A stretch of DNA of 63,363 nucleotides, the filler included, from Octopus bimaculoides (Eukaryota), in NCBI RefSeq assembly GCF_001194135.2. It is 4 parts of 4 records of this genome, joined end to end, with 100 filler letters (N's around TTAATTAATTAA, not from the genome) between each part and the next. Parts side by side here need not be neighbours in the genome. Positions count along the whole stretch, not along the records: positions 1 to 29,662 come from NC_069000.1; 3 more parts are not named here. One strand, given 5' to 3'. Below, one piece after another: positions 1-12,300 of this stretch. Each line of letters opens with the position of its first letter. Within the stretch, counting starts at the first letter, position 1. The translations under genes and the position numbers were made by a program. The notes beneath the pieces were generated by a model. That model did no database searches. It saw only the letters and a program-made list of their open reading frames with translations, and was not told the origin of the DNA.

Positions 1-151
1 ATAGATACATATGTATATATATAGATACATATATATATATACATATGTAGGAGAATATACAAAAAATAACAACAGACGAGGACAGGTGGTGTAAATAACA
101 AAAGTATATATTAGTATGACGCTCGGGAATATATATATATAGATACATATG

Positions 152-182
<31 letters not shown>

Positions 183-269
183 ACACACACACACATGCAT
201 GAGTGTTGTAATTTGCTTGAAGTATTGTTGTACAGAAGTAGAAAAGGAAAATGAAGTTAAATGCGTTAC

Positions 270-822
270 ATTTCAGGTGCAAAGGTCGATCGTCAAAAGA
301 AAGCACTGCAAGAAATGTGTAGATACTTTGATTTTGTTATTTTATTTAAACTGCTCAGCATTTGGCTAAATAGCATCAACCCTCCAACTGGTTGCATATG
401 TCAGGATGTTGGTTGTAGTCGCTGAGATGCACAGGTCAGCCAGTCCACGATATATCACTACTGACCCACCTCCCGTCCACAAACACTTAACCAAATGCAG
501 CAACACCTCCAAAGAGATAGTCGCCTCCATACTAGTCTTGGAGAAGAAGCTATATTGATCTACCACCTCAACCTAAAAATCAACAGTTGATCGGAGATGG
601 GTCGGTGGCTCCCATGAATTCATCACAGCATTTGCAAGCAACATCATAAGATATGCCACCAACTCTACCTTCCACCACCATCAGAAAATATGTCACTGTG
701 ACCATCATTTGAAGAGTTGCTTTTGCCAATGGCCAACGCTGGCAGTTCAAAATAAAATAACAAAACCAATGTAACTAGGCATTTCTTGAACTGCTTCTGA
801 GTTGAGCCTTTGCACCTGAAAT
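270..822. repeat. Diverged ~85-bp inverted repeat pair (270-354 and 742-822) bracketing ~390 bp
   Basis: atttcaggtgcaaagg...caagaaatg...ttttgttattttattt..aactgc is present on both strands. Confidence 0.6.
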
Positions 823-2124
823 ATGTGAGAAGCTTTATTTTCCTTTTTCTTTTTCCAGTTACACACACACATTGTATTAGGTAAGGCATCTTTCATAAGA
901 AGTGGGCGGGGTAACATGTTGAGATTTCAATCTCCTTCAATGGCTGGAACATTTGAAACTTTAATTAAATTCAGGTCAGACATAAAACGACAAAAAAAAA
1001 AAAAAAAGAAAAAGTAAAACAAAACCTGCAACTAATGGGATAAGAATTGAAAAACTGATGCAGAAAATAACACAAATGGCTGCTGCATTATTTGCACCCA
1101 GAGAGCAAGCATAAGCTTTCATATTAGGAGAAAAACCTGTTTATTATTGCCCTTATTAATGCTAGAAACAGCAGCAAAATTTCCCTCAGGACACATGCTA
1201 CCATTTTTTTAAAAAATGGTACCATACAATGGACAAAATCATCTCTGAGACAGAAAATGATAGATTAGTCATGGTTGGAATGCTTTGGATCAGCCAAACA
1301 AAAGATAACAAGACTCAATATTACAAGTTAATGAAGGAGCTCAATTGTGGCAGCTTAATCTGCAAAACATAACTGCTAAATTGCCCTCAACGACACCTTA
1401 ATGTCTTCAATAAAATGAAATACACAGTACATTGGAATCACTGATATATCAGTAAGAAGTGATAGTCAAATCTGGAATGTCTTTCATCAAAGTCTGCTCA
1501 GCCAAGACTGACCTGAATCATATATTCTTATGACTGGCACTGGTCATAGATTCCCAAAGTGACAAACTGTTGGCTTTTTAATGTTGTGATTCATGCATTC
1601 ACTTGATGAAAACAGTTTTTTTTTCTAATGATGTAATTTCTTGCTACTCATGTATGTATTCCTCTACTTTTGTTGTGTACACATTTTATTTTTTGACCTG
1701 ACTTGGTACCTTACCATTTAAGTGTCTAATTCACTCGAATCCTGATCTATTATATATACATTGTTGTGTCTATAGAGGGTCATTATTATTATGCCAATAA
1801 TAAACATATGCACTGGTTCTATATCACTTCTTTACTGTTAGTCACCTGGTTAGATATCTAAGCTACTAACTAATCAACTGGTTGTTTGTTTTTCAAAGTC
1901 CATTCATCACTGTTTGCAACTTCTGACATACCTCCTCCTCCCTTCGAAGTCTGAGGTAGACCATGTGTGCATGCTAATCATTGTTGGCATAATGACCCTA
2001 CCAAGGTACTAGAAGAGTTGTTTCAACACACAAATACACATCAAGAATCTTTCAAACCAAACACAAGTACAAAGTACATGCATGTGTATATATATATATA
2101 TATATATATACATACATAAACATA

Positions 2125-2474
2125 TAAAATTATAATACAGGGTATCTAAGAGATACAGGGTATCTAAGAGATACCGCCACGCTGAAAAATAGCAGTCAAA
2201 TCCTGACTCTAAAACCACAACAAATGTCCACATAGCAACAAGGAGCGAAGGCGAAGACAAAATAAACCAGTAAAATAACAAGATAATTCCAGATCCCGGA
2301 TTTCTGGCTTTGCATAAATAATGCTTTGCCTTCATCGGTGGAATATACTCCAGCACATAAATACAAATATATGTATATAAACAGTATACTTACATACACG
2401 GATGCATACACACATATATATGCACGTATGTACACGACGTATGTATCTCTTAGATACCCTGTATTATAATTTTA
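2125..2474. mobile_element. MITE-like element with perfect 32-bp terminal inverted repeats
   Basis: taaaattataatacagggtatctaagagatac (2125-2156) is the exact reverse complement of 2443-2474; the inner 18 bp is tandemly duplicated at 2157-2174. Confidence 0.6.
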
Positions 2475-3765
2475 AATAATCATTACCTTTGATGGTTTTT
2501 ATTCCCATGCTGTCCACTTGATAAGATCAATATTTTAAATATCGATCTTATCCTTATTTATATACATAAACATATATATACACACATACAGACGTAAAAG
2601 GATGGCAGTGATAAAAATAAAGCCTGTTGTTGTTGACTGTGTAAACTTATGATCAAAAGTATTCCTGCTATGATTAAGGATATCTAGGACTATATCAATG
2701 AATGTGCCCTTTCTTTTGCTTTAAAATGACAGAAGAGTAATTTGAAGATTTGGCTGCTATTTCTAGAAGACTGAGATCGTGTGACAGGACCCAGTCATAT
2801 CAAGTAAACATGTTTAGAGATTGTACAGTAGCAGATTGGCAAATATTATTTAACAAACAAAAATGTATACACACACACACATCAATAACTGGGTTTTTTT
2901 TTTATGTCAAATTATTTATAGAAACAATTTCATATTAAACTCAAAAATTACTCAATACTTTTCATAAAGTAAATAATTATTACACTTTTGCAAGAGGGAT
3001 GACAGTGACCTCAAAGTTTTAACAATCCAAAGAAGGCTAGCTGGCCCAAAGTTCAAAGTTACTGTCACCACTCTTCTTGTAAAACTACTACATACATACA
3101 TACATACATGTGCATGCATATGTGTGAGAGAGAGAGAGGGGGGAGTAAGAATATGTAAGGGAGAAAGTAAAGAAAAAGATAGAGAAACTAGGTTATTCTA
3201 TTGTTTCTTTTTCAGAATTTGAGGTTGCAACACTATGTATGTATTGAACAGGTATACGGACAGACATATGTATATATATATATATATATATTCATGTATG
3301 TATAAGTCTATCTATGTATGGATGTTTGTGTGCAGATAGTTATATATTTGTATGAATATTTATATATGTGCTTTGAATGTTGTGATTCACCTTTTTTTTT
3401 TCCAGACAAGGAGCTTTTTAATACGATGTTGTATGAGCTGCTTTCAGGACAACCATATACATGAGTGTGTGTATAGACCTACACATGCATATTCAATATG
3501 GAGACACTGAATAAAATGCACAGAAAAAATGTTTTCTTTGTTTTAAAATTAAATTTCAGGTAATAGATTCAATTTATTCAAACAAATGAACAAATGAAAA
3601 AAGTAACACTCAACACATTGTGCTTATCGAGTAACAGTTTAACTTCGGTTATTCAGGGTTGGAAGCATTTCCATCTCCCCCAAACACTCCTGAATGTTGC
3701 CTGTGAAACTTTAAGTAACAAAGATCTAAGTGAACCTGTTACTCTTTCTCTCTCTNNNNNNNNNN

Positions 3766-3807
<42 letters not shown>

Positions 3808-4016
3808 CCATGCATGTATGGAAGATGAACGTCAAGTGATGATATAAACTTATATAATACACACACTCACGCATACATCTTTATAAACACATGAAAAATA
3901 CACACATATTATAGATAGGTACATGGATAAACAGACAGATAAATAGTATATTTCAATGTATACAAAGACATAAAATGACAGTGTTTATAAGTGTGTGTAT
4001 GTGAGTAGATGAGTAT

Positions 4017-4022
4017 TTTATT
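4017..4022 (-). terminator. Possible polyadenylation signal (AATAAA) of the PLEKHB-like gene
   Basis: AATAAA on the minus strand about 420 nt past the stop; an alternative lies at 3573-3578. Motif only. Confidence 0.2.
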
Positions 4023-4437
4023 CAAGCCACACATGTATACATACAGTGTGAGCTATTCCTGCATTTTACAGCTGTACAACACCCTTGCAGGTCCATTGTC
4101 TGCACTCGTTTTCCTTCAAATTTTGAAAGTTTTGAAAATTTGAAAATCTAGAGGTAACAGGAGACCTGAATGAGTAGCTTGAAATCAGAGAACCAACTAT
4201 GGACAACGCAGTACCATCCACTGAACGAGATATATACACACACACATATACATGTGTGCATGCATACACGTGTGTGTATGTACAGATAGATAGAAATATT
4301 CCTAAGCTTATCACTTATTTTACAGTTTGTATTTGCTCTATTTGGTTTTGTTTTTTTTATTTTTTACAAAGTCATCATTGCTATTTGATTGATGGGTCGT
4401 CTAGTTTCCAGGTTTCCAGCTGATTGACTCTTCGCGC

Positions 4438-4598
4438 CTAATCAAAGCTGCCAAAACTGCCAAAACTTCCACAGCTGCCAAAGCTGCTTAGTGAACTGAG
4501 TGAGCTCCAACTGCCCCAACGGCCAAGACCCCAGCCGCCACCCCAACCGCCCATCATACTCGTAGCTCCATGAGCAAGAAGTGCACCCCCAGCAACAC
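4438..4598 (-). CDS. PLEKHB2: PLEKHB-like last coding exon ([53 protein letters not shown])
   Basis: ttattatttcag|GT GTT GCT; ends at TAG 4438-4440. Confidence 0.88.
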
Positions 4599-6327
4599 CT
4601 GAAATAATAAATAGAACAGTCGTTGTAATAATAGTAATAATAAATAATGAGGATGATAATAATAATATGAACTGAAATTTATTTGAGAATAATGCCTGAC
4701 TTACCATCACTGCAAGGAGTGCAAAAGAGTGTTTTAATTGGGACATCACACATTGAGAAGAACATTGATTTTGTAAATGGTGCATTTATTTTAATAGCCT
4801 ATCAATGTATACAGTGAGTTTCTTTGCCCTAGGTGTCAGGAAGACACTTGGCAAGAAATGGAAACAAAATTGAAGGAAGAAGAAAAACAAATAATAATAA
4901 TTTATGAATATTGGTGTAACTCTTCACGAAGATAGAAAAGTGCAATGTGGTTTGTAATAGCGATTGTTTATTGAATGTGATTTGTAATAGCGATTGTTTA
5001 TTGAATGTGATTTGTAATAGCGATTGTTTATTGAATGTGATTTGTAATAGCGATTGTTTATTGAATGGATTGAATGATATTTTGTGAGATCATCTGTCTT
5101 CTTCAGGTTCAAAATGTAAAATGAAAAAAGGTTTTTTCTCCTACTCCCTTATCTGGTGGTCAACGAGGAAACTAGGGATAGATGAATGGTTAGTGAGAGC
5201 TGTGCAAGCCATGTACAGAGACGCTGTCAGTAAGGTGAGGGTTGGCAACGAGTACAGTGAAGAATTCCGGGTAGAGGTAGGGGTCCACCAAGGTTCTGTC
5301 CTCAGTCCCTGCCTATTTATCATAGTCCTCCAGGCAATAACACAGGAATTCAAGACAGGATATCTTAATAACAATTAAGATATCAAGTTCATTACAATAA
5401 AGAGAGCTGGGCTGTTGTTTTTCCTACTTCTGAAATGATGTCAAAGTGTTCAAAATGACAAAGTTAACAGCCCATCAAATGGTTGGTTAAGAGGTAAACA
5501 ATTGATATCCAATCACAACATGGTCAAAGCATTTAGATATTCACCAGTCCAATCTGTAATGATTTTTACAAATAGGTACCATAACATAACATAGTCCAGT
5601 TACTGCACAATATCACTCTGTTGTATCAACTAGACCCTGGCCAATACATTAAACTGCACCTGACAATGAAACTTCAACTTTGGGGAATTCAAAGAGTATA
5701 GCAAACTCTTAGTCACCATTACTTTCAAGTCTACTCTGGAAAGGGTTCCAGTTATAGGCCAAATAGCAGAAGATGGTCTGATGACTAAGACATAGAGGGG
5801 AGCCTAGCATTAAGACATCACAGCAGCTCACCAGGCTGTGGACATATTTTGATGTTTCATTAAACCAGTCTCTTATATAATTAACATGTATAGCATGAAC
5901 TTGAAGACTACCAACGATCAGAGGAGTCTCCAAAGAATCTACTCCTATGTGAAGCAGCATAAACAAGAGCCACCAGAAACTATCAACAACTACCAGGGGT
6001 CTTATCTCCTTAACCGCCATCATAACTTCTGACAGCATAATAAAAGAAAACATAAATAAACAATATAATGAAACACACAGATCTTACCCAAAGCAATCTC
6101 TCCTAAGTTACTCTTATTCTTTTCCTTAATGTGTACCACTTGAGGGTTTCCAGTGTTTCCATAATAGGGACCCTGCTGAGGATAATATCCAGGATAAGCT
6201 CCAGCATAACCAGGAGGTGGTGGTGGCACTTGACTATATGCAGCTGAAAAATGGAAAACAACATTGCATGTTAGATAATATTCCAAAGTTATAACTACAA
6301 CACACACACGCCTTTATAGCATATAAT

Positions 6328-6364
<37 letters not shown>

Positions 6365-9300
6365 GACAACACATAGAAATAGAATACAATCTTGTATATG
6401 GCAATTTCTGTCTGTTACCATCCTGTTTCCTATACCAGTGAACCAATCTTCAAAATTTGCATACATGTTGAACTAACATCCAGTTCAATTATAGGGTAAT
6501 TGGATTTCAATAAAAATTGATAATGGGCCCCCTACGGGGAAAAGAGTGCAAAAAGTGTTAGGTTGAGGGAAATGTGGTGACATAGTGAGGGTTGGCTGAT
6601 ATCAGGGAAGGGGGAGGAGACAGAGACTGGGAACTGAAACAATAGCACTATAGAGAATGGCTTTTCATCTTCTATACATGAATAGGCCATTGAGGGAAAC
6701 GTCATGGCATAATGAGGGTGGCTGATATCAGCGAAGAGGAGGAGACAGACAGAGAGAATGAGAGAGAGAGAGAGAGAGAATGTGTTTACTGAAGGGGAGA
6801 GCAAATTTTAATACTTTGGTTCTTGAATTTTTACCTATTATTTAACACACACACTTTAATGAATTAACTATCGTATTGGCATCAAAATCACATGTAAATG
6901 ATTCCTTTCCTCAGAAAAGGAAAAGTTTGACTGCTATTTCTAGCACACTCTGCTACCATGCAACAGCTATTTGTGATAATGGTAGGCCCTTTATCACAAA
7001 TAGCTGTTTTGTGGTAGCAGGGCATGCTGGAAATAGCAGCCAAATTTTTCCTTTTCTGAGGAAAGGAGCATAGTGCAGTTCAGTGGTGATGAGGAAGCTA
7101 TTGGACGTTGGTAATGGCACCCTGGTTGGTGGACAGGGTGGTCAGGTTAGTTTGCCTTTTGGACACATTGTATCAGATATACAAGAACTAATGGCTACAA
7201 TGTTTCCAAATCTGGGGATTCAATTTAAAGACCAAACCTAGCTGAGAACACGTGCCATCTTGGTGCCAAAGAATGTGACAGTGGAAGATTTGAACCTCAA
7301 CTCCTAGATCAGCTGCCTGGTGAACACTGCAGTTACAAATCAATTGACTCTGTGTTCAACTCCCATTAAGTTTTGAACTATCCCACTGATTTTGGAATAG
7401 CCTGGCATCAGCAGGCCTCCCACCTCACAACTTGCACATCAGTGATGCTTTTAAGAAACCTGGACTCACCCAAGCTTTGCAATGGCACACAACTTACAAT
7501 CAAGATGATGCCAAGAGTCTTAGAGGTGACCATTCTCACTGGCAAAGCAAGTGGAGGTTGTCTTTAGACCACAAATTCTACTGATTCCTTCTGACATGCC
7601 ATTTGATTCAACTGACTACAATTTCCTATAAAACTGAGTTTTTCAATGACCATAGACAAGAACCAGGAGCAGTCCGTGGAGGTGGTAGGCCTAAACCTTA
7701 CAGAACCTGTTTTTTCCAATGGCCAACTGTATGTAGGATGCTCAAGAGTCGGCAATCCTAATCATCTGTTTATGCTCCAGAGTGCAAGACCAAAAGTGTA
7801 GTATATCAAGAGGCTCTACCAAATTGCTAATAATCAATCATCAATCGTTTCCTAGTTGCACATCGTCAATCTTCTCATCCTTCCAACCCTCCACCAATTC
7901 AACTTTGATATTACCTTACCATTACAATCAATCAGTTTTATGATTCAACTTTATTACTTGCCACTATTTTAAAATCTATCCCACGTCAGCGTGTATTTGT
8001 AAATCTATTTCTAATTTAAACGGGAACTGAACAGGGAACGGGATAGGACACGAAACAGTGTAATGAGAATGGGAACTGAAAATAACCCCACCCACCCCGC
8101 TTTTCCGGGTATTACCAGGTAATTCAGCTAGTACAATAATAAATAGAAGATAATTGTTTCTTTGATTTCTTACGGTTTCAAAAGATGCCAAATCTGTATA
8201 GGAGAAGTAAACTCGATCTCGGCATATAACTGTTACTAATTTCCTTGACAGCCTCCACTCCTTCAGAGGAATGGATTGCAAAGTCAATCACAGCAGAGTA
8301 TGAACAGAGTGGAGAAAGAAAACGGTGAAAGGTAATTGTCAAACGCTTCACCATTTTTGCCATTTCTCAGGGAAGATTTTCTTTGGACAAAAGAGGAGAT
8401 ATAGATTCTTAAGAGAAATACAAAAGAGAAACCTTCACAGCAACACAACAGGGAAAAGAAACTCTCTCACTGAAATTGAGTGGTTAGTAAAAGGAAGTGT
8501 ATTCATCAGTTAAAAAAGAAAATAATCATCATCATTGATTAATATCAAGCATCCATGCTGGCAAGGGTCGGACAGTTACAAAGGATCTGGAAAGTCAAAG
8601 GACTGCACCATATTCCAGTATGTGCTTTGGTAAGGTTTTTATGGCTGGATACCATTCCTAAGGCCAACCACTTCACAGAGTTTTTTTTTTTATAAATTCT
8701 ATGGCATCAGCACTAGTGATGATTACCTTGTAACATGCAAGCAAGACTAAGCCCTAAAATGACCCCTAAACAAAGAAAAGAAAAAACATGCTCATGCTAG
8801 CATGAAAAATATGCAAGTCAATGATGAGTGAAAAAAGAAAACTGAATTACTTCTTGCAAATGGAAAAGATAGCATAAAAATTGTTGGCTGTTAATGAATG
8901 ATTGGTAAGGAATGTAAGGAAGCATAAAGTCCTTTCAAAAATGGTAGTAAGTCAGTGAAAAAAAGAAAAGGATAAAAAAAATGAATGAAATTCTTGTGTC
9001 AGTCCAAAGCAAACAGGTGAAGTAAAGACAGGCTAGAGTCACAAGTAGAAAAGTGTCTACAGGTTAGTAATCAGAAAAGATGGCAAGGATAGAGAAAAAG
9101 GGTCGGGTGGTAAGATGGGACAGCAATTCTAAAAAAAAAGGAGGAAAACTGGGTAGGTGGGGGGAGAAGAAAGTAATCTTGATGAGTGAAGATTGCTGGA
9201 TGTGTTACATTCATCTCTCACCTGCATTTGGTGGGTAGGCATTAGTAGCCTGCTGAGGATAACCATAAGGTTGAGGGTAACCTGAAACGGAGCAAATGTA

Positions 9301-12300
9301 TCTTGAGATTCATTTAAGAAAGAAAGAAAATAAAAAAAACAAAGAAAAAGAAAACAGCAACAATTGCTTCTGATTGGTAGTAAAGGTGGCTATGTGCAGC
9401 TGAAATGTTTGTTATTAAGATGGATGTAGTTTGAAGGGGTTTTAGTTGCTATTTCTAGCATGTTGAGCAATTATTCACTTAACTAGAGAAGAATAAGAAA
9501 TACATGGGAAGAAGTAATGAAGGTGACCCCAGAATCCTGAGTTGATTAAGGACCAGGATCTCTGGTTAGATGAGGTTCTTGAAAAGAGTCGTCTTCAGTG
9601 AAACTGAGTTCAGAAAGTGCTGTTATGCTTCATACTCTCCACCCATGTTACAATGACTCTCACCATCTCTTATGCATTATGCCTGCCTCTTCACTATTGG
9701 CTCCTGCAGACAACTGTACCATGTCATCTCTTGTCCCTCCCCACTGGCAACCGTACCATCTACTTATGCTGCTTACCCTCCACTCCACACCCTATCTTCT
9801 ACTCATGCCTTTATCGTCCCCTACACACGGTTCTTGTTCATCCACCCCTCAACCCAACCCAATTTAGTAGTCTGCCCCACCCCTGTCCTCTCATTCTCTT
9901 TCCCATACAATCCTACAAAGCAGACATCAGAGCTTAATGCAGTCCTTGGGCACACTGGACCCTATCAAATCATCCAACTCAAGCCAGCATGAAACACAGA
10001 TGTTAAACAATTATCTCTGACCAAGTAGACCTATGATCAAAAACATTCCAATTGTGACCATCCTGCTCTATGTTTTTAACTTCATTCAGTCAGACACAGA
10101 ATATCTAGAAGCACATTATAACAATGAGTTGTTCATGTTTTGAAAATGGAAAAGTAGGAATTGAGGCAGATTTGATTCCTATTTCTTGGAAATCAAGCAA
10201 CCATATACAGGGTCGCTTGTTGATTCATTGTAAAGTGCTATGTTGTTGCTGCTTAGTCTCAACTCAACCCTGGATAATGAAGGACTAAGATCAAAATCAT
10301 TCTTGCCATAACTATCCAGTTATGGTGTCTTTTTATAAATCTTAACAAATTGAGTCAAGAGCCACACTGTTGCGTCCCTCCTTTGTTTACGATGTGTGTG
10401 ATTTGAATGAATTTAGGCTGCTATTTTGAGCAAGTTAACCATTAGAGACTCTTTATGGAGTATCTATGGGGTTAATTGAGGACAATGAGAATTCAATAAT
10501 TTTCTTTTTCAAATCAAAACCTTCAAACAGACAGGAGAGCATCTATACTTACCAGGTTGCTGAGAGAAATATGCTTGTGGTGGGTAGGCAGCCTGTTGAG
10601 GAGGATAACCGTGATAGGCAGCTTGCTGAGGAGGATAACCAGGTTGTTGAGGGTAACTTGCCTGTTGTGTATAAGATGCCTGTTGTGGGTAACTGGGTGC
10701 ATGAGTAGAATAAGGAGAGGGTGCATTTGCAGGGGGTGCAGATGGCACTAAAACAAGAAAATGCATCAAGAGTAAACAATCATTTTAAAAAAAGAACACA
10801 TAAATAAATAACAAATTCACTTCCATTCAATGTTCAGAAGCAGGGTAGCATACTGGATAACATGTCATGAGTTGTGTGTGTGTATACACACACACACATA
10901 CATATATATAGATAGATAGATATGTAGGTACATCTACACACACACATATATATTTATATATACATAATATATATATATGTGCTGTGCTTTTGAAGACCTG
11001 TTGAACCGAGTGGTTCTAGTTGTGGCTGATACCAGTGCCGCCTGACTGGCACATAAAAAGCACCATTCAAGCATGGCTGATGCCAGTGTCACCTGACTAG
11101 CACCCGTGCCGGTGGCACATAAAAAGCACCCACTACACTCTTGGAGTGGTTGGCATTAGGAAAGGGCATCTAGCTGTAAAAACCTTGCCAAATCAGATTG
11201 GAGCCTGGTGCAGCCTCCCAGCTTGCCAGTCCTCAGCCAAACCATCCAACCCATGCCAGCATGGAAAACGGATGTTAAACAACAACAATGACGATATATA
11301 TATACACACACACAGATCTGTATGTGTTTGTGTGTGTGTGCACAGATGTGTTTAAACTTAGATGAATTTAGATGTGTCAAGGCTGACAGGAAGTGGTGCT
11401 TCCTAGGGCTAAATAGCAGTAGTATTCTTCCCTTTCATCGGACTGTCACATTAAGTTGACAACATACCACCACTTGAATTTAGATAAGTTTTGCCAAAAA
11501 ATTAGCCCCTGCCCTATCTATCTCAATAGCACTGCTTGATAGAATCTATTAAGTGTAGTACCATGGCCCATTCAAGTAAGGAGCTGATGACCGTGGCCAA
11601 GTAGAGATGGATTGTCTAGTATCACATGAAGAAATGTGTTAAGATATTGTTTGAAGCTGAATAGGATCTCTTTCTTCTTTGATTTGTTTTGAGACACTGT
11701 TAAATAGAGCAGGGCCTGTTGAGGAAAAGTAATTGGGTAGTAGGTGGGCTTATAGTATGGGGTCCCAGATTTGGATGAATTCTGAATTTGATGTTAAGGT
11801 CGTTTGGGCAATACTTATGGTTACAATGTTTCAAAGTTGTCTCAACAATCAAGATCAGTCATTTAATTTTTTTCAGTGATTGCTGCCTGGAGTAACTCAA
11901 ATCTAGTAAAATTCTGTTTTGTATGGGGAGACCAAAGCTTCACTCACACTTTATCATATTCCCACACACACACACACACTCACTCACAGACATGCATCTC
12001 ACTCACAAAAATCATTCACATCTCACAGATACATCCATACCATCACTTAAACCATTCACACTATCACTCAGTCACTTTCTTGTACACACTCTTACTCATA
12101 AATATAAGTGATCTTACTTGCATATCTAGCTCCTGCCATTACAGTATTAGCTTGGGTTGCCTGCACAGTTGGATACGGGGCTGATACAGCAGCCGCCTTT
12201 GGCTGCTGTGATTTGCGAGGTGCTGGAGGTAGCTGAAACATTACAAAACTCATTGAATTAATAAATTCTTCATCCCCATCCAACATTTGTCCCTCCACCC

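Noticed and set aside
4599-4785. Hydrophobic N-terminal part of ORF 4438-4785 as a multi-pass membrane protein
   Set aside because: It is the AT-rich intron upstream of the acceptor at 4599-4600; only 4438-4598 is coding.
4951-5067. CRISPR-like 30-bp repeat array
   Set aside because: The repeats are contiguous with no spacers, there are no cas genes, and the context is eukaryotic. It is a minisatellite.
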